Positions 45,198-55,467 of a stretch of DNA of 64,000 nucleotides are shown here, one piece after another (position 1 is the stretch's first letter; each line of letters opens with the position of its first letter). Made by a program: the position numbers and the translations under genes. The notes below the pieces were generated by a model that had not been told where the DNA came from, did not search any database, and was given only the letters and a program-made list of their open reading frames with translations. Source of the DNA: Spirochaetia bacterium UBA2205 (GTDB taxonomy: Bacteria > Spirochaetota > UBA4802 > UB4802); assembly GCA_002328585.1 (NCBI GenBank), contig DCUV01000032.1:109173-173172 (forward strand), in the 5' to 3' direction.

Positions 45198-45554
45198 ATG
45201 AAACACATCCAATTCATTACTAGTATCGTTGCTATCCTTTTTGTTGCTTGTTCTCAGCAGATAAGCATTCAGGGTAAACCTGATGTTTTAGTAAAAAAAT
45301 ATCTCCAGGACGATTCCACCTATGTCATTATTTGCAAAGGGTATCCAAAGCCAGGCACCTCCGGCATACAGGCAATCGAAACTGCAAAGGAAGCCGCCCT
45401 ATTGAATGCTCAATATATTGCCCGAGGAATATTTTCTGAAGACGTTGATGTTGTAAAAGATGGATTGGTTGAAAAATACGATAGTAGTGATGACTATGTA
45501 ATTCTTACCTATGCAATAAAGCATCCCGATATAAAACAATATATTCAGGAATAA
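45198..45554 (+). CDS. Hypothetical lipoprotein
   Basis: MKH...LFVAC lipobox; GGGAG RBS. Confidence 0.7.
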   Translation: MKHIQFITSIVAILFVACSQQISIQGKPDVLVKKYLQDDSTYVIICKGYPKPGTSGIQAIETAKEAALLNAQYIARGIFSEDVDVVKDGLVEKYDSSDDYVILTYAIKHPDIKQYIQE

Positions 45555-45807
45555 ATGTTAATAGTTTATCACTATAGCGTGTAAAAGTTTTATAAATTTT
45601 CCTTGAATAATTTACCGGGAAAACAGCATAGCAGGTAACAGTATTGTTGTATGGATTATCTTATTTTTTTTACTATGAATCTACGGTATATGCCTTGCAT
45701 ATATACGTCACTACCAAAGAATTAATTTTAACAATTAATGCTACCCTCTCTGCATAATAACATAATACAATAAATGAAAAAAATTAATACAAATTATCTT
45801 TTCATTA

Positions 45808-45838
45808 ACAAAAGAGGGACATCATTGATGTCCCTCTT
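45808..45838 (-). terminator. Intrinsic terminator of the small lipoprotein gene
   Basis: AAGAGGGACATC-att-GATGTCCCTCTT hairpin followed by a T-rich run on the minus strand. Confidence 0.8.
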
Positions 45839-45859
45839 GCCAATAAAATTGAAGTTTAA

Positions 45860-46012
45860 TTACTTCTGTGCTGGAGCTTCAACAGGAGCTTCTTCTGCTG
45901 GCTGTTCCTGAACCTGCTGTTCTGGAGCTGGTGCTTCTTCTTTTTTGCAGCCAACAAATGCTACAGCAACTGCAAATACAGCGATAAGAATAAGAGATGC
46001 AATCTTCTTCAT
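45860..46012 (-). CDS. Small (50 aa) Pro/Ala/Glu-rich lipoprotein
   Basis: Not in the ORF track. Translation MKKIASLILIAVFAVAVAFVGCKKEEAPAPEQQVQEQPAEEAPVEAPAQK; AAGGAG RBS, FVGC lipobox, own terminator. Confidence 0.88.
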   Translation of the reverse strand: MKKIASLILIAVFAVAVAFVGCKKEEAPAPEQQVQEQPAEEAPVEAPAQK

Positions 46013-46091
46013 AATACTTTCACTCCTTTATAATAATAAAATTTATTTTATTGTTTATTACTCAACCATTAATCACGGATATAAAAAAAAA

Positions 46092-46496
46092 TCAAGTACT
46101 AATCAAAAAATTTTTTTGATATGCAGAACGACATGTTGCAGATTCCCATACCACTATACTCAATAATTTTATTTCTGTATTGTTATCTTTTGAATATTGA
46201 CCCAGTTTTATACTCATATTTTCATATATAATCCTTGACAAATGTTCTGAGCTAGGATTTAAACTTTTAAATACATCGACGTCATTTAAATTTTTATGAT
46301 CAAATTCATCCAGAACTTCTTTAATCATGGCTCTAAGATCATGGAAGTCAATCATTATTCCTATGTCATTGAGCTTTTCACCACACACCGATATTTCAAT
46401 CTTCCAGTTGTGCCCATGAATATTTTCACATCTGCCTTTATACCCTATAAGCTGGTGGGCGGCTGAAATATAATCTTCAACTGTTAGTATATACAT
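46092..46496 (-). CDS. queD: 6-carboxytetrahydropterin synthase
   Basis: SAAH, CENIHGHNW, DHKNLN, PSSE and VWES motifs; GAGGTG RBS before ATG 46496. Confidence 0.93.
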   Translation of the reverse strand: MYILTVEDYISAAHQLIGYKGRCENIHGHNWKIEISVCGEKLNDIGIMIDFHDLRAMIKEVLDEFDHKNLNDVDVFKSLNPSSEHLSRIIYENMSIKLGQYSKDNNTEIKLLSIVVWESATCRSAYQKNFLIST

Positions 46497-46720
46497 GGTT
46501 TTTTCACCTCGCAACAATATAATAATGCATGGAGTAGTATTATAATCAAATAAACATAATTGTAAACTTGTTTTAACAATATGGAGCAATACACACCCTT
46601 ACGATACCACAATAGCACAATAACAAACTACTATCAACAGTACTGAACCATGCAATAACTATAACCAGTTAAACAATGAAATTGGCAACAATATACCTGT
46701 TGAACAATTACCTGCATATT

Positions 46721-47755
46721 TCAGGCAAGCATGGTTACTATCCTTGCAACTTTTTCTATTTCTCGTTTTGTCAGAGCAGGATACATTGGCAATGAAAACA
46801 GCTTTTTGGACAATCTATCACTATGAGGAAAATCAAGATTACGCAGTTTCATATACTGATGCAGTGGTACATCAATTGGATGATAAATCTCTATTGCATT
46901 TTTTTTAAAGTACTTATCAACAATATCAGGCTGAGCATCAAACAAAACAGGGAATGTCTGATAGGTAAAGTGCTCGCTGAAAGCATAAAAGGTACTGTGA
47001 TGGGTTTTACTCAATGCATCATAGTATATGCGAGCAATATCGCGTCTTCGCTTAACAAAATCCTTTAATTTAAGCAACTGATTTATACCCATCGCAGCGT
47101 GTACATCACTCATGCAATATTCAAATCCAGCAATATGTTCATGGGGCATTCCATTCCGTATATCGCGGATATATGAAAAATAGCGCGAATTATTGGTAAA
47201 TATCATACCGCCCATTTCCGTGGTAATCATCATTGATGGAGCAAACGATGCAACAGCAAATGATGGCGCTGTATCAAAAAGCTCGCCAGCATCCATACCA
47301 ATAGCATGGGAAATATCAAGAATGCAAGGGATTGCACTATCATTAAGGTTTAACTGTGCTGGAAAACCAAATGTATGCCCAACAACTATCGCTTTCGTTT
47401 TTTGGGTGATAGCTCCCTGTATATTTTCCTTTGATGGATGATAACAGTTTTCGGCAATATCAACAAGAACAGGAATAGCGCCAATAACATGACATGCCTT
47501 GAGCGGTGCAGCATCAAAATATGATGGAATAATAACCTCATCTCCAGCCGTAATACCCAGTGCAGTAAATATACAATGGTAAGCTCCAAAAATCGAGTTG
47601 GTAGCAAGAGCATATTTTATGCCAATAGTAGTGCTCAATGCCTGCTCAAACTGCTTCACAACAGAACCGGAAGCTAAATTATCCTGGATAAGACAATCCA
47701 GTACTCCTTCTAATTCTTTTCGTGTAATTGTTGGTTTACTCGCAACTATCTTCAT
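46721..47755 (-). CDS. DegT/DnrJ/StrS-fold protein lacking the PLP lysine
   Basis: GDEVIIPS, GAIPVLVDI, KTKAIV and LPMYPAL match the family, but SFxxxK reads SFAPSM. Confidence 0.82.
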   Translation of the reverse strand: MKIVASKPTITRKELEGVLDCLIQDNLASGSVVKQFEQALSTTIGIKYALATNSIFGAYHCIFTALGITAGDEVIIPSYFDAAPLKACHVIGAIPVLVDIAENCYHPSKENIQGAITQKTKAIVVGHTFGFPAQLNLNDSAIPCILDISHAIGMDAGELFDTAPSFAVASFAPSMMITTEMGGMIFTNNSRYFSYIRDIRNGMPHEHIAGFEYCMSDVHAAMGINQLLKLKDFVKRRRDIARIYYDALSKTHHSTFYAFSEHFTYQTFPVLFDAQPDIVDKYFKKNAIEIYHPIDVPLHQYMKLRNLDFPHSDRLSKKLFSLPMYPALTKREIEKVARIVTMLA

Positions 47756-47934
47756 AACATATTTTTTTTAACTTTTAATCAATGGTAACCTTGCGTATTA
47801 CCTCTATTTGGTCAAGCATCATTTTTTATTTTGAAAATTAAATAAAGCAGCATTTACATAATTCCGATAATTACTATGCAGATACCCCGGATGACTGTCT
47901 GTATAATTTTATGGCTTTTACAAGGAGGAAATTT

Positions 47935-48780
47935 ATGCGTAATCATCCTGTATATATAGTATGGGCGATAGTTCTCATGATCAGTCTTTTGTCATCATGT
48001 GCGCCCAACAGCGTTATGACCAAACGCAATGACACATTCACCTTTGGGCAGAATGAAGAAAATTCCACTACAAATGATTCGCCTGTTTATTCAGACATGA
48101 ATCCAAATGTTGCGGCCACAAACACTGATGAAAAATCAAACTACTATCAGGTTGGCATGGCAAGCTGGTATGGAAGAGAATTTCAAGGGAGATTGACTGC
48201 ATCTGGCGAACCATTTGACATGAACAAATATACTGCTGCTCACCGCACCCTTCCCTTTGGCAGCATCATTATGGTAACAAATTTAGAGAATGGAAAAAAA
48301 ATACAGGTTACTGTCAACGACAGGGGTCCATTCAAAAAAAACAGGATACTTGATGTATCTTACAAAGCTGCCAGAGATCTGGGTATGCTTGAAAAAGGTG
48401 AAGCAAAAGTGGGAATATCCGTAGTATCATATGGCAATGATTCGCAGCCGGGTAACAAATCCAGTGATGTTGGTGTATTCGGAGAAGCTGTTGAGGATAC
48501 TAACTATCAGGAAAACACCTATGAAAAATCAAGTATTGAAAGTGGCATTGCAATACAAACTGGAGCATTTTATTCAAAGCTCAATGCTGATAAATTAAAA
48601 GAAAAGATAGAAGGGCTTGTTGATAAACCAGTTGTAGTTGTAAAAGAAGGTTACTTTTATAAAGTTCGCATTACCAATCTTGATGACAATCAAATTAGTA
48701 AATATAGAAATATTTTAAAAAAGAATGACATTCCATCATACAAGATAAGTATAAGTGATACCAGCGGTGAGGCGCCTTGA
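47935..48780 (+). CDS. rlpA: Septal ring lytic transglycosylase RlpA (lipoprotein, DPBB + SPOR)
   Basis: LSSC lipobox, GMASWYG, TAAHRTLPFG, VNDRGPF and a C-terminal IQTGAF SPOR segment. Confidence 0.93.
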   Translation: MRNHPVYIVWAIVLMISLLSSCAPNSVMTKRNDTFTFGQNEENSTTNDSPVYSDMNPNVAATNTDEKSNYYQVGMASWYGREFQGRLTASGEPFDMNKYTAAHRTLPFGSIIMVTNLENGKKIQVTVNDRGPFKKNRILDVSYKAARDLGMLEKGEAKVGISVVSYGNDSQPGNKSSDVGVFGEAVEDTNYQENTYEKSSIESGIAIQTGAFYSKLNADKLKEKIEGLVDKPVVVVKEGYFYKVRITNLDDNQISKYRNILKKNDIPSYKISISDTSGEAP

Positions 48781-48797
48781 AAAAGCGCCTTTTTTAT
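48770..48797 (+). terminator. Intrinsic terminator after rlpA
   Basis: AGGCGC...GCGCCT stem followed by TTTTTATT. Confidence 0.7.
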
Positions 48798-49274
48798 TAT
48801 CAGTGTACTATATTCCTAATATTTATAAATGATTAATAGTACCATTAATAATTAGTTTACAGTATTTTTTTAGATACGATTATATTCGATAGTTATCGGT
48901 AATAGATAATCAACTCCGGAAGGAGGAATCTATGAACATTGGATAAACTACCTGTATCACCATCAAACATTTAACGTTGCTTAAACTCCAATGCTGAGCA
49001 CTGCGAGCCCCCCTAAACACCTTTATCTTTCTCTTTATTAACGATTCTGAAAAGAAGTTAAATGCCGTATGCAGGCATTTAACCATATTGCTTACCGCAA
49101 ACGAAGCATCGAAAAGAACTGAAAGCAGGTGCATCGGTCAATACCATATGGGACCGCCTTCTGAAGTACTATCACCTATAAAATAAATGATAATTAGCTT
49201 GCGATCATACATCAATATTTCATATTGGATATTGGATAGTTTATTGCATAGTAATAATGTTATTTTAGCAAATA

Positions 49275-50399
49275 ATGAAAACACAGCGATTAGACTTTAT
49301 AGATTATCTGAGAGCATGGGCACTGATCATCATGATCGAAGTCCATGTTGTAAATTGTTTCATGCTCCCTCCATTGCGAAATACCATGTGGTTTGATATT
49401 CTGAATTTTATCAATGGATTGGTAGCACCAGCATTCATTTTTATTTCAGGTTTTTCTTTTATAATCGCAACGTATGGCAAAAGAAAAGAGCTTATACAAT
49501 TTGGCTCAACTTTTTTTAAACGAGTTAGCAGAATATTTTTAATTGTAATTATAGGATATTTAATCCATATCCCTTACTTTTCATTAAAAAATATTATTAT
49601 CTATGCCACCCCTATAGAAATGAATTCTTTTTATAATGCTGACGTATTACAATGTATTGGCTCAGGATTATTACTACTGCTCCTTTTGCGAATGGTAATT
49701 CCATCTGACAGACTTTATCATGGTGCTATTACATTATATGGATTAACGGTTGTTATAGCAAGTCCTTATATATGGACTATAGATTTTTCGCAATGGATTC
49801 CATTACCATTAGCATGTTATTGCAACGAACTTCATGGTTCTTTTTTCCCCATATTTCCATGGCATGGCTTTTTATTTTTAGGTGCTGCTTATGGTATCAT
49901 CTACATTAATATTCCTTCTATTAAAAAAAAGCTATTTTTTACATCATCCATTATCTTTGCCATTTCAATAAGCATTTGTGGTACATTAACTCTTCATTAC
50001 TTATTAAAAAATCAATCATTTACTATAAAACCAAGCCCTCTTTTTTTTATTACACGCTATGCTATGGTCATCACTATAATGTTTATTGTACAACTCTATC
50101 TTTCTTTGAAACAAAAGAGCCATACACTTTTAATCACAATTGGGCAGGAATCCCTGCTGGTTTACTGGTTGCATCTTCAGATTATATACAGACATATCTG
50201 GAACGGAAAATCATTGGAAGTAATTGTGAATCAACAGTTTGGTATACTGGAAAGTTTGATGGCATTTTTAGCACTTTTATCAGCTATGGTAGTATGTGCA
50301 CTAGTCTGGAATAAAATTAAGCAAAATTATCCTATGGTTGCAAAAAAAATTGTCATTGCCATAATAATGCTTGGTGGGGTTACATTTTTTTTATTGTGA
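49275..50399 (+). CDS. Membrane acyltransferase-like protein (DUF1624/HGSNAT-like)
   Basis: RLDFIDYLRAWALIIMIEVH, APAFIFISG, DVLQCIG, FPIFPW and GQESL..Y.LH motifs. Confidence 0.8.
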   Translation: MKTQRLDFIDYLRAWALIIMIEVHVVNCFMLPPLRNTMWFDILNFINGLVAPAFIFISGFSFIIATYGKRKELIQFGSTFFKRVSRIFLIVIIGYLIHIPYFSLKNIIIYATPIEMNSFYNADVLQCIGSGLLLLLLLRMVIPSDRLYHGAITLYGLTVVIASPYIWTIDFSQWIPLPLACYCNELHGSFFPIFPWHGFLFLGAAYGIIYINIPSIKKKLFFTSSIIFAISISICGTLTLHYLLKNQSFTIKPSPLFFITRYAMVITIMFIVQLYLSLKQKSHTLLITIGQESLLVYWLHLQIIYRHIWNGKSLEVIVNQQFGILESLMAFLALLSAMVVCALVWNKIKQNYPMVAKKIVIAIIMLGGVTFFLL

Positions 50400-50407
50400 C
50401 TACACTA

Positions 50408-51223
50408 TCAACTCGATTGTGTAACCTGCGCTAAATAATAAATCGCCTTTTGACTGTTCCCCTGAAACAGGTAACACAGGCTTAATGATAGTAGTGATTC
50501 TGCTTCAGGTGTTGTTCTAATGTGCTTTTCCAGGTGCTTAATCTTTGACGCAATATCGCCCTTACTGTCATTAAAAATTGTTTCAGGAACTGTCGCTACA
50601 AACTCATCAAATTTTTTAAATTCTTGCTTCTGTAATGAAAAATGTATAAGTTCAGCGCTCTCATGTCTGGCACATTTCAAAATTATATCCTGTGCTATAT
50701 CTTTGAAGCGAAATGATGCGTAATAACCTTCATATTTACGCAAATAATATAATGCTCCACTATAATTTTTTTGTTCATAGAAAAGAAGGACAATGGCTGT
50801 CAACGCAACTTTATTTTCAGGATTTTTTGCCAGTACTTCCTTGAAACATGCAAGAGCTGCTTTATAGTGATTTAACTTACTAAAAGCTATACCTTTTACA
50901 AGCAAAGCTATTACAAAATCAGAGTTCAATTTTTTACATTGATTCAAAACAACTATTGCTTTTTTATACTGTCCAATCCTGAAAAAAAGAGTACCTATAT
51001 TGAATAACACAATATAATCCTCTTTAAGCTTAAGTGCTCCCATAAAGCTATCCAGAGCTTCATTGTAACGTTTCATGCGATAATACAATGACCCTAAATT
51101 TAACAAAGCTGCCCTGAAGGAATTATCCGCCGTAATAATAGATGTATATAACGTTAAAGCTTCCTGGAATTTACCGTCTTGCTCCAGTTTCAGCGCTTCT
51201 TTAAACTGTACAAGTAAATCCAT
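50408..51223 (-). CDS. Tetratricopeptide repeat protein
   Basis: Repeated NLG.LY..Y.EAL helices. Confidence 0.85.
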   Translation of the reverse strand: MDLLVQFKEALKLEQDGKFQEALTLYTSIITADNSFRAALLNLGSLYYRMKRYNEALDSFMGALKLKEDYIVLFNIGTLFFRIGQYKKAIVVLNQCKKLNSDFVIALLVKGIAFSKLNHYKAALACFKEVLAKNPENKVALTAIVLLFYEQKNYSGALYYLRKYEGYYASFRFKDIAQDIILKCARHESAELIHFSLQKQEFKKFDEFVATVPETIFNDSKGDIASKIKHLEKHIRTTPEAESLLSLSLCYLFQGNSQKAIYYLAQVTQSS

Positions 51224-51274
51224 TGTTTATCCTTTCTTGGAATAATGTATTCTATACCATTTACTATCGACATT

Positions 51275-52339
51275 TTACTTAAAGAGGGCAACTCTATTTC
51301 TTCCCATCTGTTTTGCCTTATATAAAGCCTTATCGGTACGCGCTATGAACCCCTTGATGTCCTTATCCTTATTGGGGTCATACTGTGCAACACCTATGCT
51401 GATAGTTACATGCAAAACATCTTCCTGCCCTTTAAATTGATGTTGCTCAACCAATTTGCGCAACCTTTGAGCAACAATTCCTGCCTGCTCAAGGTGTGTC
51501 TGCGGCAAAATTACGGCAAATTCTTCCCCACCATACCGCGAAGGGATATCCATCTTACGTAAATCTTTTAAAAAAAGCTGGGACACCTCTTTTAAAACGC
51601 TATCGCCCTGCACATGCCCATGGGTATCATTGAATCGTTTAAAATGATCAATGTCACTAATTAAAAGCGATAACGGAACATTATATCGCTGACTGCGCTT
51701 CATCTCTTCCATGAGGCGGATTTCAAAATAATGATGGATATATAACCGTGTCATACGGTCAAGCGTAGACATCAAATACAGACGTGAATTTTCAACAGCA
51801 ACTGCGCCAAAGCGGGCAACATAATGTAAAAATTCTTTTTCTGAATTGGTAAATCCTTCCCCTGATATCTTTTTCCCTAAAAGCAAAATCCCCATCAATG
51901 AATCTTTTGATTTCAATGGTACTACAATATAAGGATTTAAGAATGCTATTGCTTTTAAATCCTCAAGAATATCCGGCAATTCCAATAACGTTTCGTATTC
52001 TATAGGATAAGGGTTATTAGCAAGAAATCCAATTAATGGGCTGGTTTCAAGTAATACGATACCATTCTTACATTCAGTATCATAGCCTTTGGTCATGTGT
52101 ATGTAATAGTCGTTTACATCAATATCCTTCTGCAAAAGAAGTGCAACCTGCTCTACAAACATCTGACCAATACAACTGTATAATAACGATTCAACCAGGC
52201 TTTCAAATTGCAGATTGGAAGAAAGGCTTATCCCCATTTCCAGAAGGTTGCGAAGGTCGTATACCTTTTTTTCAAGTCCTTCAAACGTTTCAGGTGTTAA
52301 TTCTGTTTCTTCAAAAAAAGTTAAGCCGTTATCTTCCAT
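51275..52339 (-). CDS. GAF-GGDEF diguanylate cyclase
   Basis: DIDHFKRFND.HGH, RxxD I-site (RKMD) and GGEEF motifs. Confidence 0.94.
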   Translation of the reverse strand: MEDNGLTFFEETELTPETFEGLEKKVYDLRNLLEMGISLSSNLQFESLVESLLYSCIGQMFVEQVALLLQKDIDVNDYYIHMTKGYDTECKNGIVLLETSPLIGFLANNPYPIEYETLLELPDILEDLKAIAFLNPYIVVPLKSKDSLMGILLLGKKISGEGFTNSEKEFLHYVARFGAVAVENSRLYLMSTLDRMTRLYIHHYFEIRLMEEMKRSQRYNVPLSLLISDIDHFKRFNDTHGHVQGDSVLKEVSQLFLKDLRKMDIPSRYGGEEFAVILPQTHLEQAGIVAQRLRKLVEQHQFKGQEDVLHVTISIGVAQYDPNKDKDIKGFIARTDKALYKAKQMGRNRVALFK

Positions 52340-52540
52340 GACTATTCCTTAAATTTTTCTTGTTTTTTTTATGGTGCCAATACGTTATGACTCCATTTAT
52401 GCATAGTGTGTCCCATGCATTGTATTGTTACAACAATTTGTAGTAGATTAATTTCTAAAAAAATTATATACTAATTGAAAAAAATGTCAACAATTATATC
52501 ATGGCATGATATAATTTATTCATAATTCAATATAATTTAT

Positions 52541-52975
52541 ATGATAACAATAAAGATTACGCTAAAACATGGTGCAAAAAAACCTGATTACTTAACACCC
52601 AGTGCATCAGGTGCTGATATATATACTTTTCTGGATGAACCGGTCACCCTGCAGCCTTTTCAGCGGGCATTGATACCAACCGGATTATCCATTGAATTAC
52701 CACCAGGCTATGAAGCACAGATACGACCGCGAAGTGGACTTGCCATAAATCATGGCATTTCTTTACTCAACACACCGGGGACTATTGATGCAGATTACCG
52801 TGGTGAAATACAATTAATTGTTATTAATCTAGGCGACAAACCATTCACCATAGAGAACAATATGCGCATTGCACAGATGATCATTGCTCAAACAGTACCA
52901 GCTACCTTTACAGTAGTAGCTGAACTTTCAGATACAAAACGAAATAACGGAGGCTTTGGACATACAGGCTTATGA
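52541..52975 (+). CDS. dut: dUTP diphosphatase
   Basis: SGAD, RPRSGLA, GTIDADYRGE and GGFGHTG motifs. Confidence 0.98.
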   Translation: MITIKITLKHGAKKPDYLTPSASGADIYTFLDEPVTLQPFQRALIPTGLSIELPPGYEAQIRPRSGLAINHGISLLNTPGTIDADYRGEIQLIVINLGDKPFTIENNMRIAQMIIAQTVPATFTVVAELSDTKRNNGGFGHTGL

Positions 52976-54618
52976 AAGAAAAGAAGATACGAATTATTCC
53001 TATAGGCGGACTTCATGCCATTGGCGGCAATATGCTTGTTATTGAGTACGACAATGAGATGCTCATCATTGACTGCGGGATATCATTCCCCAATGGTGAA
53101 ACACCAGGGATAGATTTTATGATCCCTGATTTTACCTATATTCTGGAAAACAAGCATAAAGTTAAGGGTATAATCATTACTCATGGTCATGAGGACCATA
53201 TTGGTGCTATCCCGTTCTTTCTCCAAAAAATTAACGTTCCGGTATATGCTACAAAGCTTACCCTGGGACTTGTTGCAAGCAGGCTTGCCGAACGGCCGGT
53301 AAGCCAGCACACATTTATCGAGATTGAACCCAGAGATACCATCCACATTGGTCCATTTATCATTGAATTTTTACTGGTTAACCATTCTATTATTGATGGT
53401 GTGGGGCTTGCCATAAAAACACCGCTTGGTATAATCATTCATACAGGCGATTTTAAAATAGATTATTCTCCAGTTGATGGAAAGGTTGCCGATCTGCATC
53501 GTTTTGCCGAGTACGGGCAGCAGGATGTGCTGCTCCTCATAAGCGATAGTACCAATGCAACAAAGCCAGGGTACACTCCATCCGAAATAATATTGAAAAA
53601 GAAACTGCTGGAAATATTTGCCAGATCAAAAGGACGTATTTTTGTAGCAAGTTTTGCTTCTAATATTCACCGTATCCAGCAAGTGCTTGAAGCATCCCAG
53701 AAATACAATCGTAAGGTTATTATATCGGGAACTACCATGCAGAAAAATGTGGAGATAGCAACCGAGTTAGGATATCTACAGTATAAAAAAGATCTTATTA
53801 TTGATGCAAAGGATACCGGTAAATACACCCATAAAAAATTGGTGGTGCTGTGTACAGGTTCGCAGGGCGAGCCAATGTCAGCTCTTCATCGCATGGCAAA
53901 TGGTACACACAAGCATTTCAGAATCAGTGCCGGTGATACGGTGGTGATAACAGCATCGGTTATACCGGGCAATGAGCGTATGGTTTATAATGTTATCAAT
54001 TCATTGATGCAGCTAGGCGCTTTAGTATATTATGAACAGGATGAGGATATTCATGTATCCGGTCACGCATCCCAGGAAGAATTAAAATTAATGATTACCC
54101 TTACTCAACCAAAATACTTTTTACCTGTTCATGGGGAATATCGCCACCTAAAAGCACATGCTGCGCTTGCCGAATCACTCAACATAAAACCTAAAGATAT
54201 TATTGTGGCAGAAAATGGTGATATCATTGAGCTTACCGATAAAAGTTTTGAAAAAAGGGGAAGCATCCCACTTTCAACTGTCTATGTAGATGGCAACTAT
54301 ATTGGTGACATTACCGATGAGGTTATTGCTGAACGCAAAACATTATCTTCGGATGGAGTTATTGTTATAAGTATTGTCATTGGCGACGGCTTGCTACTTT
54401 ATCCACCTGCTATTATTGCCAAGGGTTTCATAGGATTAAAAAATGATAAATTTTTACAGGTTCTCCAGAAAGAATTAAGCGCCACCATAGAAAAACATCT
54501 GGCACAAAACGCTTCTTCAGAAAATCTATCGGTAGCGGTAAAAAAGCTTGTTAAAATGATTGCCCACCGATTTACCAACAACACCCCATTGGTAGAAACT
54601 ATCATTCAGGAGATTTAA
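52972..54618 (+). CDS. rnj: Ribonuclease J
   Basis: THGHEDHIG, HTGDFK, GSQGEPM, HVSGHA and PVHGE motifs. Confidence 0.96.
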   Translation: MKEKKIRIIPIGGLHAIGGNMLVIEYDNEMLIIDCGISFPNGETPGIDFMIPDFTYILENKHKVKGIIITHGHEDHIGAIPFFLQKINVPVYATKLTLGLVASRLAERPVSQHTFIEIEPRDTIHIGPFIIEFLLVNHSIIDGVGLAIKTPLGIIIHTGDFKIDYSPVDGKVADLHRFAEYGQQDVLLLISDSTNATKPGYTPSEIILKKKLLEIFARSKGRIFVASFASNIHRIQQVLEASQKYNRKVIISGTTMQKNVEIATELGYLQYKKDLIIDAKDTGKYTHKKLVVLCTGSQGEPMSALHRMANGTHKHFRISAGDTVVITASVIPGNERMVYNVINSLMQLGALVYYEQDEDIHVSGHASQEELKLMITLTQPKYFLPVHGEYRHLKAHAALAESLNIKPKDIIVAENGDIIELTDKSFEKRGSIPLSTVYVDGNYIGDITDEVIAERKTLSSDGVIVISIVIGDGLLLYPPAIIAKGFIGLKNDKFLQVLQKELSATIEKHLAQNASSENLSVAVKKLVKMIAHRFTNNTPLVETIIQEI

Positions 54619-54619
54619 C

Positions 54620-55462
54620 ATGGCATATGTTATTGTGATGTTTTGCGTTCTGGGCATCATCCAGGGTATTACTGAATTTTTCCCGGTATCATCATCAGGA
54701 CATCTATCGCTTCTTGAATCCATCCCATATTTTAATTCCATCTTCAGCGGCATGGATGAAGGAATAAAACTTTTTTTTAATGTTGCACTCCATTTAGCAA
54801 GTTTGTGTGCAATTATCATATTTTACTATCATGATATCGTTGCCCTGATTAATGGAACTATCAACGAACTATATAAAAAAAATTGGGGTCCCAATTGCAG
54901 ATTTGTTGTACATGTTATCATAGCATCAATCCCTGCAGCTATTATTGGCATACTGTTTAATGACTATGTAGAAGCTGCTATAGCAAGCCCCGCTATTGTG
55001 AGTATACTTCTTGTGGCAAACGGCATCATGCTGATAAAGGCTAATACATTAACTAAGAAAAACCGAAAATGTGAAGAGATGCACTATTGGCAGGCGTTTT
55101 TCATAGGATTGTTTCAGGCTGTTGCTATTTTACCCGGAATCTCACGCTCGGGAAGCACCATTGCAGGCGGTTTAATGGCAGGATTACAACCAGAGGAAGC
55201 CGGCAAATTTTCATTTTTAATGGCCATACCGGTCATTGCCGGCGCAGGGCTTCTTGAGTCACGAAAGCTCTTTGCCATAGATGGTATTCACCAGATAGTT
55301 GTGCCAACCATTATAGCAATGGTTGTTACATTTATTGCAGCACTGTTATCGCTGAAGTTATTAATTGTTATGCTTAAAATGCTGCATTTGAACTATTTTG
55401 GATATTACACCATAGGCATTGGTCTTGTATCATTATGCATACTATATGGGTATGGTGTTTAG
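54620..55462 (+). CDS. uppP: Undecaprenyl-diphosphate phosphatase
   Basis: QGITEFFPVSSSGH and PGISRSGST motifs. Confidence 0.96.
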   Translation: MAYVIVMFCVLGIIQGITEFFPVSSSGHLSLLESIPYFNSIFSGMDEGIKLFFNVALHLASLCAIIIFYYHDIVALINGTINELYKKNWGPNCRFVVHVIIASIPAAIIGILFNDYVEAAIASPAIVSILLVANGIMLIKANTLTKKNRKCEEMHYWQAFFIGLFQAVAILPGISRSGSTIAGGLMAGLQPEEAGKFSFLMAIPVIAGAGLLESRKLFAIDGIHQIVVPTIIAMVVTFIAALLSLKLLIVMLKMLHLNYFGYYTIGIGLVSLCILYGYGV

Positions 55463-55467
55463 CGACA

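Noticed and set aside
48910..48930. TCCGGAAGGA resembling the SRP RNA domain IV loop
   Set aside because: The conserved CAGG/AGCAG internal-loop bases are absent.
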